Shown here one piece after another: positions 1-9,436 of a DNA stretch of 64,000 nt. A model generated the notes under the pieces. It searched no databases. It was not told the origin of the DNA and saw nothing but the letters and a program-made list of their open reading frames with translations. Location: NCBI GenBank assembly GCA_934096645.1, contig CAKOMK010000002.1:185645-249644 (forward strand). Direction: 5' to 3'. The stretch's first letter is position 1; every line of letters begins with the position of its first letter. The stretch is from an uncultured Bacilli bacterium. Lineage in GTDB: Bacteria > Bacillota_I > Bacilli_A > RF39 > UBA660. A program made the translations under genes and the position numbers.

Positions 1-93
1 ATAACTATGTTTTTAGTCTTAACACTAAGTAAAAAACTTATAACTATATATAATATAAATAATGTTATTATAAATGTAATAAATCTTAAAAAA

Positions 94-1200
94 TTAAATC
101 TTCTTTTTACCTTTTTTTTCATTTTTACCCTTTATCATCTTTTTTACTTCTTCTAATATTATAGTACTTGAACTCATATCTTTTATTTCTGATAAGTTCT
201 TTTTTACTTCTTTAAATGTTTTTTCATCAAACATTTCATCTATAGCTTCAATTAAAGTATTTTTATCTAAATCTTTTTCTTCAATTAATAAACTTATATT
301 TTTTTGTACTAAATCAAGAGCATTATAATATTGATGATTGTTTGCTACATAAGGGCTTGGTATTAATATAGATGGAGTTTTAGTTGCCATTATTTCAGCA
401 ATAGTAGAAGCTCCAGCTCTTGATATTATCAAGTCAGCACTCTTCATTAAACTTGGTAAATTGTCAAAGAATGGTACTATTTTTGTACTCTTTGGAACAA
501 TTAAATTATTGTTTAATGTTGCATAACTAGATTTACCAGTAATAAATAATATTTCAGTGTCTTCTCTTTCATATGTTCTTAAAAAATCTAAAAGTCTTTC
601 ATTAACTGAAGTACTTCCAAGAGATCCCATAACTATTATTATTAATTTTTTATTCTTATCAAATCCTAATTCAGTTTTATTGAACTTTTTGCATTCAATA
701 GCTCTTTGACTAACTGGGTTACCTGTATAAATAATATTTTTACATTTTAGTTTTCTAGTTCCTTCTTTAAATGATACAAATACTGCATCAACTTTTTTAG
801 ATAAATAAATATTTGTTTTACCTGGTAACATATTTTGTTCATGTAAAAATACTTTAACACCACGTTTCTTAGCAGCTAAACAAACAGGCAATGTAACATA
901 ACCACCAAAAGCAATTACAGCATCAGGTTTAAAAGCATCCATTATAGCAAGACACTTCTTATAAGAATTAGAAATACACTTAACATTCTTTAAGTTTCTT
1001 ATCATATCAGTTTTAGATAGTCCATAAATCTCTATACCTTCATAAGGAATTCCCATACTAGGTATAAGTTCATTTTCCATTCTATTTTTAGTACCAATAT
1101 ATAAGTATTCATTACTCTTATCTTTCTTTATTTCATCAAGTACTGCTAACGCAGGATATATATGTCCCCCTGTTCCACCTGCAGTTAAAATAAATTTCAT
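94..1200 (-). CDS. murG: UDP-GlcNAc:lipid I N-acetylglucosaminyltransferase MurG
   Basis: N-terminal AGGTGGHIYPALAV motif and overall GT28 layout; SD GAGGTG upstream of the ATG; Lys-rich C-terminal tail. Confidence 0.9.
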   Translation of the reverse strand: MKFILTAGGTGGHIYPALAVLDEIKKDKSNEYLYIGTKNRMENELIPSMGIPYEGIEIYGLSKTDMIRNLKNVKCISNSYKKCLAIMDAFKPDAVIAFGGYVTLPVCLAAKKRGVKVFLHEQNMLPGKTNIYLSKKVDAVFVSFKEGTRKLKCKNIIYTGNPVSQRAIECKKFNKTELGFDKNKKLIIIVMGSLGSTSVNERLLDFLRTYEREDTEILFITGKSSYATLNNNLIVPKSTKIVPFFDNLPSLMKSADLIISRAGASTIAEIMATKTPSILIPSPYVANNHQYYNALDLVQKNISLLIEEKDLDKNTLIEAIDEMFDEKTFKEVKKNLSEIKDMSSSTIILEEVKKMIKGKNEKKGKKKI

Positions 1201-1234
1201 AGAGTTTCACCTCACATTTGTATATTATATACTA

Positions 1235-1834
1235 TTATTCACTTTTTTGCATTAATTTAAGTATTTTTTTTCTTAAAAGTTTATTAGCATCTTCCAAAGA
1301 CATATCATTTACACTAAATGGTTTCCCTATTCTAGTAGTTAAATTTCCATCTCTAGTATACTTACCACTTATACCAAAAGGTACAATTAAAGCATTAGTT
1401 TTTTGAGCTAAACTAACTGCTCCAAACTTAAATGGTAACATAACAACTTCATCTTTAGTACCAAAAGTCTTATTTCTAGTTCCCTCAGGAAATATTCCTA
1501 AAGCTCCACCACTTCTTAAAACATCTAAAGCCTCACTTTTAGCATTCTCATCATGGATTCTTCTATCAACCTTAATACAACCTACAAATTTATAAAACCA
1601 TGCCATATTACCTTCAAAATACTCTTCCTTAGCCATATAATGTATAACTCTATTAGTTACAATCATAACATTATATTGATCATCTTTATGTATATGATTA
1701 CCACAAAATATAACAGGACCACTCTTAGGAATATTCTCTTTTCCTATAACAGTTGGTCTATATTTTAACTTAAACCTAATCAATATAAATGGTTTAAGCA
1801 ATCTATAACCAAACTCACTTTTATAACTTTTCAC
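1235..1834 (-). CDS. PlsC/LPLAT-family acyltransferase (1-acylglycerol-3-phosphate acyltransferase-like)
   Basis: HX4D motif (NHIHKDD) and FPEGTRN motif; GTG start overlaps the stop of the upstream ligase gene by 1 nt. Confidence 0.75.
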   Translation of the reverse strand: MKSYKSEFGYRLLKPFILIRFKLKYRPTVIGKENIPKSGPVIFCGNHIHKDDQYNVMIVTNRVIHYMAKEEYFEGNMAWFYKFVGCIKVDRRIHDENAKSEALDVLRSGGALGIFPEGTRNKTFGTKDEVVMLPFKFGAVSLAQKTNALIVPFGISGKYTRDGNLTTRIGKPFSVNDMSLEDANKLLRKKILKLMQKSE

Positions 1835-3543
1835 TATTCTTCACCATCATCACTTACAGTAAGTTCTTTATATGCAACTTTACCAATCTTAGTTTTAGGC
1901 AATTCCTTTCTATAACCATATGCATATGGAAGAGCATAAGCAGCAATATTCTTTTCACAATACTCTCTTATACTTTTCTTTATTTCACTATTAAGCACTA
2001 GTCCATCTTTTAATACTATATATGCTTTAGCAACTTCTTTTTTATATGGATGTGGAACACCAACTACAGCACAAGCTTTAACATAAGGATGTTCACATAT
2101 AATTGCTTCTAATTGTCCAGGATAGATATTGTATCCACTAGATACAATCATTCTCTTAATTCTAGTTTCAAAATATACAAAACCATCTTTATCCATATGA
2201 CCAGCATCTCCACTATGAAGCCATATTTTTCCATCTTTATGTTTTTTTAGAACCATTTCTGTTTCTTTTTTATTATTTACATATTCTTTCATAACAGTAG
2301 GTCCATTTATACAAATTTCACCTATCTCACCATAATTACATTCTTCAGTAGTACCTTGCTTACAAATTTTTACGTAACAATCAGGCCATGGTATTCCTAT
2401 AGAATTTTCACGTGATTCTTCTATAGGCATCATAGTAGCCCCAGCAGTACATTCAGTCATTCCAAATGCAGTTCTAACAAAAGTATCACTACCATGATCA
2501 TATAAAAATTCATCTATCTTTTTAGCAAGTTTAGGACTTAAAGCATCTCCTCCACAAACAACACATTTTAAGAAAGATAAATCTTCATCTACTAGTTTTT
2601 TACTATTAGTAAGTCCTTCTAATATACTTGGAACACAAGCTATAATATTAGGTTTATATTTAAGTAATATACTATCAAATTTACGTGGATTAACACTAGG
2701 AAGTATTATAGCAGTTCCACCACTAACAAAATTAGCATGAAAAGTACAACCTAAACCAAATCCATGAAATATAGGCATTATAGCAAGAATACTAACTCCA
2801 CTAGTTAATACTTTATTTATTTCAAGTCCACTTAAAGCAAGTGCATTAAAATTCATATTAGTAAGAACTATTCCCTTAGGAGAACCAGTAGTACCTCCAC
2901 TATGTAAAATAACAGCAGTATCACTACCTACTCCTTCATCTATAATAGTTTCTTTATGAAATTTAGCTCTTGCTATAAATCTATAATATGGAATAACATC
3001 TTCTCCTATAGGAGCACTAGCCTTTCTTCCTGTAGTTAATCTATATCCTAATCTAGTTAATGGATCCATAGATTCACATATAGGTAAATATATTATTTTA
3101 TTAACTGAAATATCTTTTCTAATATTTTTTATCTTAGAAAAAACTATATCAGCAACAATTAAATAATTAGAATTAACTAAATTTATTCCTTGTTTTAATT
3201 CTTCTTCACTAGAAAGAGGATGCATCATATTACATATAGCACCTAATTTATTTAAAGCATAAACACTTATTATAGCTTCAGGAGTATTAGGCATACATAT
3301 AGTAACTACATCTTTCTTTTTAACTCCAAGTCTTACAAAAGCACATGCTGAATCGTCTATTCTTCTAAGTAAGGATCTATATGTCACTTCATTCCCATAA
3401 TATTTATATGCAATATTACTAGGATACTTTTTAGCAGTCCTTTTAACCATTTCATACATAGAAACATCTGGGTAATCAATATGAGCTCTCATACCTTTAT
3501 AATATTTAAACCACGGATAATCTTTATCACTTTCTTTTTTCAT
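1834..3543 (-). CDS. AMP-dependent acyl-CoA/acyl-ACP synthetase (FadD/Aas-like ligase)
   Basis: AMP-binding signature LHSGGTTGSPKGIVLTN and C-terminal GDAGHMDKDGF/...LPKTKIGKV motifs; SD GGAGGG. Confidence 0.8.
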   Translation of the reverse strand: MKKESDKDYPWFKYYKGMRAHIDYPDVSMYEMVKRTAKKYPSNIAYKYYGNEVTYRSLLRRIDDSACAFVRLGVKKKDVVTICMPNTPEAIISVYALNKLGAICNMMHPLSSEEELKQGINLVNSNYLIVADIVFSKIKNIRKDISVNKIIYLPICESMDPLTRLGYRLTTGRKASAPIGEDVIPYYRFIARAKFHKETIIDEGVGSDTAVILHSGGTTGSPKGIVLTNMNFNALALSGLEINKVLTSGVSILAIMPIFHGFGLGCTFHANFVSGGTAIILPSVNPRKFDSILLKYKPNIIACVPSILEGLTNSKKLVDEDLSFLKCVVCGGDALSPKLAKKIDEFLYDHGSDTFVRTAFGMTECTAGATMMPIEESRENSIGIPWPDCYVKICKQGTTEECNYGEIGEICINGPTVMKEYVNNKKETEMVLKKHKDGKIWLHSGDAGHMDKDGFVYFETRIKRMIVSSGYNIYPGQLEAIICEHPYVKACAVVGVPHPYKKEVAKAYIVLKDGLVLNSEIKKSIREYCEKNIAAYALPYAYGYRKELPKTKIGKVAYKELTVSDDGEE

Positions 3544-4159
3544 TTCTTCCCTCCAATATCATTTTACTAACAATATTCATTAACTTCTCATTTTCACTTT
3601 CTAAATCACCTGTAACTTTATATGGTTTACCAAAAGTTATTTTTAAGTCTTTACTAAATATTTTATACTTTCCATTTATAGCAAAAGGAACTATATATGC
3701 ATTAGTCTTTTTAGCAAAAGATACTGCCCCATATTTAAATGGTAACAACAACTGTTCATTATCTTTATATAGTGTTTTATTAACTGTTCCTTCAGGAAAT
3801 ATTCCAAGAACTTCATTATTTTTTAAAACATCTATTGCTTCACTTTTAGCATTCTCATCATGTATACTTCTATTTACACTAATGCAACCCATACTTCTAA
3901 AAAAGTAATTGGATATTTTACTACTAAATAATTCTTTTTTTGCCATCATATGCACTATTCTTTTAGGCGCTCCTATCATCATAGCAGCATCTAAATTATT
4001 AGTATGATTCCCAGCAAGTATAACAGCTCCTTCACTAGGAATATTATCTACACCATAATATTTAGGTCTAAAAACAATTTTATAAATTGGTCTCCCAATA
4101 AATCTAACAACTTTATAAATAAAATAATTCATATTCGACTCCATATTATAGTATATCAT
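3527..4159 (-). CDS. PlsC/LPLAT-family acyltransferase, paralogue of 1235..1834
   Basis: HX4D (NHTNNLD) and FPEGTVNK; shares HDENAKSEA(L/I)DVL and LPFK(F/Y)GAVS blocks with 1235..1834. Start uncertain: an internal ATG at 4132 has a GGAG SD. Confidence 0.7.
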   Translation of the reverse strand: MIYYNMESNMNYFIYKVVRFIGRPIYKIVFRPKYYGVDNIPSEGAVILAGNHTNNLDAAMMIGAPKRIVHMMAKKELFSSKISNYFFRSMGCISVNRSIHDENAKSEAIDVLKNNEVLGIFPEGTVNKTLYKDNEQLLLPFKYGAVSFAKKTNAYIVPFAINGKYKIFSKDLKITFGKPYKVTGDLESENEKLMNIVSKMILEGRNEKRK

Positions 4160-4166
4160 AATTCCA

Positions 4167-5048
4167 TTAATTTTTTAATAGATTTATAATCACTACTTCT
4201 CCAGGATTAAGTATTCTCATTTTTATTCTTTTACTATAACCTAGTCCACAAGAGACTATACTAGTCATATCTCCAACTTTATATTTACCTTTAGTATATT
4301 TAGGAAAGAATTTATAATCTGGTGATAATATTCCACCTATAAAAGGAAATCTAAACATCCCACCATGTACATGACCACTCAAACACAAATCATAATTAAA
4401 TTCTTTATAATATTCATTCCATAATGGATTATGAGCTACTAATATATTATATTTATCTATTTCACATTTATTTAAATATTCACTCATATCTTTTTTAGTT
4501 ATTTTCTTTCCCATAAATTTATAAAAATCATATGGAATATCAATACCACTTAATATAATATTATTACTCAATTTAACACTTTTATTATTAAGTAAATTAA
4601 TTTTATATTTTTTTAGTATTTTATAATATTCTTCTTTATCAGGTTCACTTAATTCATCTTCATGATTACCAAATGTATAATAAATTTTATCACTATCTAT
4701 TTTATCTAATAATTTTATAAAGTTTTTAGTATATTTTATACTTTCATTAATCATATCACCACTCATGATAATATAATCAGGTTCTTCTTCACTAATAGCT
4801 TTAACTATTCTTTCAGATATCTCTCTATTATGCATATCAGACATTAGCATTATTTTAATATTTTTATCGATTTTAGAACTAACTATATCAAATCTATTAA
4901 TCTCAAATTTAACATGACTCATTAATAATAAAATTAAAAATATAATAGTTAGAATAATTATAATCACACAAAAAATAGTATTTAAAGTACATAAATACAC
5001 AAGTAAACTAATCATAATTAACATAAACAAATATACAATAATTATCAT
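4167..5048 (-). CDS. Membrane-anchored calcineurin-like metallophosphoesterase
   Basis: Two N-terminal hydrophobic helices, then the metallophosphoesterase motifs SDMHN, GDMIN, GNHE and GHVHGG. Confidence 0.7.
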   Translation of the reverse strand: MIIIVYLFMLIMISLLVYLCTLNTIFCVIIIILTIIFLILLLMSHVKFEINRFDIVSSKIDKNIKIMLMSDMHNREISERIVKAISEEEPDYIIMSGDMINESIKYTKNFIKLLDKIDSDKIYYTFGNHEDELSEPDKEEYYKILKKYKINLLNNKSVKLSNNIILSGIDIPYDFYKFMGKKITKKDMSEYLNKCEIDKYNILVAHNPLWNEYYKEFNYDLCLSGHVHGGMFRFPFIGGILSPDYKFFPKYTKGKYKVGDMTSIVSCGLGYSKRIKMRILNPGEVVIINLLKN

Positions 5049-5067
5049 AAAAATATTATAGCATAAT

Positions 5068-5092
5068 AAAAGTGACTATAAAAGTCACTTTT
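5068..5092 (-). terminator. Intrinsic terminator after the pseudopilin-like gene
   Basis: AAAAGTGACT / AGTCACTTTT 10-bp stem flanked by A/T runs; overlaps the stop codon. Confidence 0.7.
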
Positions 5093-6965
5093 ATTTAACT
5101 ATATAAGGGTTATTCTTTGTTCCACTCCCACTTTGTACATTAACTGTAGATTTAAGTGAAATAACAGGAGCAACACTATAATGACCACGTCCTTGAGCAG
5201 AAATACTACTAGCAGATGCTGCTGAAGCTTCTCCCCAACTAACAGTCATAATAGCACTCTTATTATATTTATTAACTAAATAAGGTGACATAGTCCAATA
5301 AGCATTACCTTTTATATATAAATAAGAATATACATAACTCCTATAATTATCATAATTACTAAGTGCACCAGCAAGAACAATATCATTTGCTTCAATAAGA
5401 GCAATCGGATATTTAAGTTTTCCATTTCCAATAGCTGAATCAACAGTAAATTTATCTTCATTTCTACTACAGCCTAAATTCAAATTCACACCCATTGAAT
5501 CATTTCTAATTTTTCCATATCCATTATAATATGAATCTTCATTTTTTTTGCCACTTCCATAAATAAGACTTCTGTCATTGCAATATACAGTATCTTGAAT
5601 ATTGTTAGCTGTATCACCTAAAGTTAATATATTTTCTTTATACCATTCCTCTACAACTTTTTTAATATTACTATCATTTATATTTTGATGACAATTTTCA
5701 TAAGTATCGCAAGAGTCACCATACATATATCCAATATACCTATTATCAGAATTATTATCATTATACTTAACACCGGTTTTGATAAATCCACCCACTCCAT
5801 TATCAGGACAACTACCATTAGTATAATCACCAAAATAAATCATTCTTATACTTTCATCTTCATTAGTTCTAATAATTCTCCAACAATGATTAGCAAAAAC
5901 TACATAATTATTACTTACATTTCCTCTATAAAAATATATTCTCTTACTAGTAACGTTTTTATCGGTAGTATAATACAAACCAGTACCATTCTTATCAGGA
6001 TCATCTCTTTCTATATAATATATATCAGCTTTTGTAATTATTCCATCTTTAACTTCAAGAACTCTAATTGCATTATTACACATAGTAGAATTACTGTAAG
6101 CATAACCTGTTTTATCAGTACTTCCTATGCATAAATATCCACCAACTGATTTTTCACCATAAGATTTTTTAGTATTGCAATTATAATTTGATAAATTATA
6201 TGATCCGTCTTTAAAATCTAGTTTTGCATATACTCCTTCAAACAAAGAATCCCCACTACAAGTTTCTTGTTCGCTAGAACCACTTATCCTAGTTATTTTT
6301 TTAATAGGATATTTATTTTCTTTATCAATTTTAGCACCATCAATAGAGACATTAGTAGAATCATAATATTCAAAGCTAACATCCTGATTATATAATACTT
6401 TACTCAATTTTTTTCCTAAAACTGAATCAGAACTTCTCTTAAAATCTATACCTGTGCTTAATGTAACATTTTCACTAGTTTTATTATCAGCCTCGGCAAT
6501 ATTATCACTAATGATTTTGCAATTTAATTTTTTACTACCACTAGAACAATTATCATACCATTCATCTGATACATCAAAATCACATTCGCCATCAGTAATA
6601 TCATTAGATGTCAATTCTGTCGCATTAGATTTATTTGTATTTATACAATAATTACCATTTGAAACAATTAACCTTACAATTTCTCCAGAACTGTTAACTT
6701 TAATATAATACTTTAAATTATTACCAGATAATTCAAGAGCACTGTCGTCTTCTGAACTTATTACAGATACTTTATTACCCTTCATAGTTTCTTGTATATA
6801 TTTATTAGTTGCTTCCTTATATAAAGACTGTGCTTCTGTCATAAATGTACTTTTTTTAGCATTATTAAACATTCCAACAACATTCGGTAATGCTATCAAA
6901 ACCAATATTGCAAGTATAGCAATAACAGCTAATAATTCCACTAAAGTAAAGCCTCTTTTTTTCAT
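5091..6965 (-). CDS. Large protein with a prepilin-type N-terminal cleavage/methylation signal (pseudopilin-like, 624 aa)
   Basis: MKKRG|FTLVELLAVIAILAILVLIALP is a class III signal (G-F junction, Glu at +5). SD GAGGTG precedes the ATG at 6965, so the track ORF start at 6992 is probably too long. The rest is a Cys/Asn/Tyr-rich extracellular region. Confidence 0.7.
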   Translation of the reverse strand: MKKRGFTLVELLAVIAILAILVLIALPNVVGMFNNAKKSTFMTEAQSLYKEATNKYIQETMKGNKVSVISSEDDSALELSGNNLKYYIKVNSSGEIVRLIVSNGNYCINTNKSNATELTSNDITDGECDFDVSDEWYDNCSSGSKKLNCKIISDNIAEADNKTSENVTLSTGIDFKRSSDSVLGKKLSKVLYNQDVSFEYYDSTNVSIDGAKIDKENKYPIKKITRISGSSEQETCSGDSLFEGVYAKLDFKDGSYNLSNYNCNTKKSYGEKSVGGYLCIGSTDKTGYAYSNSTMCNNAIRVLEVKDGIITKADIYYIERDDPDKNGTGLYYTTDKNVTSKRIYFYRGNVSNNYVVFANHCWRIIRTNEDESIRMIYFGDYTNGSCPDNGVGGFIKTGVKYNDNNSDNRYIGYMYGDSCDTYENCHQNINDSNIKKVVEEWYKENILTLGDTANNIQDTVYCNDRSLIYGSGKKNEDSYYNGYGKIRNDSMGVNLNLGCSRNEDKFTVDSAIGNGKLKYPIALIEANDIVLAGALSNYDNYRSYVYSYLYIKGNAYWTMSPYLVNKYNKSAIMTVSWGEASAASASSISAQGRGHYSVAPVISLKSTVNVQSGSGTKNNPYIVK

Positions 6966-7025
6966 GTATTGCACCTCATCTATCATATACAAGTATATAT
7001 CAATAACATGAAAATTTCAATCAAT

Positions 7026-7048
7026 AAAAAAGAACATATTTATGTTCT
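7026..7048 (-). terminator. Intrinsic terminator after yqeY
   Basis: AGAACAT / ATGTTCT stem with a T-run on the minus strand. Confidence 0.6.
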
Positions 7049-7505
7049 AATTTAATTTTTCTCTAATAATAGCATTAACTTGACTCATATCAGCTTTACC
7101 TTTAAGTATAGGTGTTAACTCTTTCATTAAAGCACCCATATCTTTCATAGAAGTAGGTTTTATTTTATCAAATGCTTTATCAATTTCTTTTCTTACTTCT
7201 TCTTCTGATAATTGTTCAGGTAAATATTTACTTAATAATTTGATTTCTTTTAATAATCCATCTACTAAATCTTGTCTATTACCTTTCTTAAATTCTTCAA
7301 TGCTTTCTTTATGAGTTTTAACTTGTTTACTTACTACATCTATAACAACTTCATCACTACAGGTATTTCTATCCATTTTATTATTAACTAAATATAAATC
7401 AATAGCTGACTTTAATAATCTAATTGTATTTAATGAATCTTTATCATGAGCTTTCATAGCTTCTTTCATATCATTTGATATAGTTTCATATAACATAGCA
7501 TTCAC
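7047..7505 (-). CDS. yqeY: GatB/YqeY-domain protein
   Basis: MKEAMKAHDKDSLNTIRLLKSAI... matches the YqeY family; lies directly downstream of rpsU as in B. subtilis. Confidence 0.8.
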   Translation of the reverse strand: MNAMLYETISNDMKEAMKAHDKDSLNTIRLLKSAIDLYLVNNKMDRNTCSDEVVIDVVSKQVKTHKESIEEFKKGNRQDLVDGLLKEIKLLSKYLPEQLSEEEVRKEIDKAFDKIKPTSMKDMGALMKELTPILKGKADMSQVNAIIREKLN

Positions 7506-7521
7506 TCCTTATTCAATATTA

Positions 7522-7713
7522 TTAATATCTTTGTTTATTATGTTTTTTAGCGTTTCTGATAGCTTCTTTTTTAGCTTCTCTTCTAACAACTCCAGCTTTC
7601 AAGTATTCTCTTCTTTTTTTCATTTCAGTAGGGACTCCGCTTCTTTGTACTTTCATCTTAAAACGTTTTAATGCACCCTCAACATTACCATCTTTTACTT
7701 CAACGTGTGTCAT
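7522..7713 (-). CDS. rpsU: 30S ribosomal protein S21
   Basis: VEVKDGNVEGALKRFKMKVQRSG...KKHNKQRY. Start reset to MTHVEV (ATG 7713), which is preceded by the GGGAGGGAAG SD. Confidence 0.9.
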   Translation of the reverse strand: MTHVEVKDGNVEGALKRFKMKVQRSGVPTEMKKRREYLKAGVVRREAKKEAIRNAKKHNKQRY

Positions 7714-7890
7714 TATTTCTTCCCTCCCTTCATGACTATATTTGATTATAGTACAAAAAGTGCCAAATTTCAAGCAAATTCTACAATAAATTTAAACACT
7801 TTTATACTTTTTTATCATTTTTGATATACAAAATTGACTAATAAAAACTATCATGATATTATAATACACAATTTAAAAGGAGAAATTATT

Positions 7891-8520
7891 ATGGTAGCAA
7901 AGGTATCAAACATTTTTCTAGGCAATACTTATATAGCTAAATTAGGCCCTTTATCATTATCACAATCTCAAGAACAAATAGAAAATGATAAAATTTTCTA
8001 TAGACCTATTAAAAAAGCATTAGATGAAAGAGGCTTTACAGCTTACATTGATTTAATAACAAACAAAAAATATTCAACAGCAACAGAAGACTACATAATA
8101 CTTGAATTAATTCCAATTGAAAAATTTTATAATTCTGACAAAGACCTTATATCAGTAATAGAATTAAAAGATTTAATTGATAGTTTAAATTCAACAAGTG
8201 AAACAATTAACAATGAAATATTAAAAAGAATTCTATCTATCAAATCAAACTTAGATGAATATAAATTAGATATGAGTATAAAAGATAAAATAATCCAAAG
8301 TTTATTAAACTGTTCAAATAACTACGTAAATGAACTATTATATGGATATAAAGAAGAATCAATAAGTGACTATAAATCATTTATACACGCTATAAATAAA
8401 AAATATAATAGTAACTTAGATGATATAGAATCACAAATAAAAGAAGAAATATCAAAAATATATCCAAAGCCAAAACAGTTATTAAGAGAATTACAAATAG
8501 TAAAAGAAAATTTTGAGTAA
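7891..8520 (+). CDS. Hypothetical protein (209 aa)
   Basis: Open frame with SD AAAGGAG 8 nt before the ATG at 7891 (the track TTG start at 7834 has no SD). No recognisable motifs. Confidence 0.4.
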   Translation: MVAKVSNIFLGNTYIAKLGPLSLSQSQEQIENDKIFYRPIKKALDERGFTAYIDLITNKKYSTATEDYIILELIPIEKFYNSDKDLISVIELKDLIDSLNSTSETINNEILKRILSIKSNLDEYKLDMSIKDKIIQSLLNCSNNYVNELLYGYKEESISDYKSFIHAINKKYNSNLDDIESQIKEEISKIYPKPKQLLRELQIVKENFE

Positions 8521-8522
8521 AC

Positions 8523-8551
8523 AAAAACCTTTCAATTAAGAAAGGTTTTTT
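8523..8551. terminator. Bidirectional terminator between 7891..8520 (+) and tsf (-)
   Basis: AAAAACCTTTC-AATTAA-GAAAGGTTTTT. Confidence 0.75.
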
Positions 8552-8554
8552 AAA

Positions 8555-9427
8555 TTACTTTATTTGACTCATTACTTCTTCAGCAAAGTTATCATTTCTC
8601 TTTTCCATACCTTCGCCTACTTCATATTTAACTAATTTAACTAATTTAGAATTATTATTTTTTAAATAAGCTTTAACAGTTAAACCAGAATCTTTAATGA
8701 ATGCTTGTTCTTCTAAAACTGTTTCTTCATAGAATTTTCTAATTCTACCTTCAACAATTTTATCAGCAAATTCAGGTTTCTTACCTTCATTGATTACTTG
8801 TTCTTTAATTACAGATTTTTCATGTTCTAAATCTTCAGCTGGAACACTATCAATATTTGTATATAATGGTCTCATAGCTGCTGCTTGCATTGCTACATCA
8901 CGAGCTACTTCTTCATTTTCACCTTCAACTACAGTTAATGATGAAATCTTACCACCCATATGTAAATATGAACCAAATACCTCATTATCAGCTTTTTCTA
9001 CAACTTCAAATCTTCTTAAACTAATCTTTTCACCAATTTTAGCAGTAGCATTAACAATTAAATCATTAATTGTTTCATCACCACATTTACTATTTAAAGC
9101 ATCTTCCATAGTAGTAACATTATTATCTAAAATAGTATTTCCAATTTTGTCTAATAATTCTTTGAATTCTTCATTCTTAGCAACAAAATCTGTTTCTGAG
9201 TTTAATTCAACTACTACAGCTTTGTTTCCTTTAATATAAATATTAGATAATCCTTCAGCAGCAATTCTCTCAGCTTTCTTAGCTGCTTTAGAAATTCCTT
9301 TTTCTCTTAAATAATCAACTGCTTTATCCATGTCTCCATTACTTTCAACTAAGGCTTTTTTACAGTCCATCATTCCAGCACCAGTTTTTTCTCTTAATTC
9401 TTTAACCATGCTTGCACTAATATCCAT
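8555..9427 (-). CDS. tsf: Translation elongation factor Ts
   Basis: N-terminal UBA-like MVKELREKTGAGMMDCKKAL motif; follows rpsB. Confidence 0.95.
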   Translation of the reverse strand: MDISASMVKELREKTGAGMMDCKKALVESNGDMDKAVDYLREKGISKAAKKAERIAAEGLSNIYIKGNKAVVVELNSETDFVAKNEEFKELLDKIGNTILDNNVTTMEDALNSKCGDETINDLIVNATAKIGEKISLRRFEVVEKADNEVFGSYLHMGGKISSLTVVEGENEEVARDVAMQAAAMRPLYTNIDSVPAEDLEHEKSVIKEQVINEGKKPEFADKIVEGRIRKFYEETVLEEQAFIKDSGLTVKAYLKNNNSKLVKLVKYEVGEGMEKRNDNFAEEVMSQIK

Positions 9428-9436
9428 AATTTCCTC

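Noticed and set aside
5091-6965. Type IV pilus or competence pseudopilus operon
   Set aside because: This is a single gene with its own terminator. No peptidase, ATPase or platform genes are adjacent.
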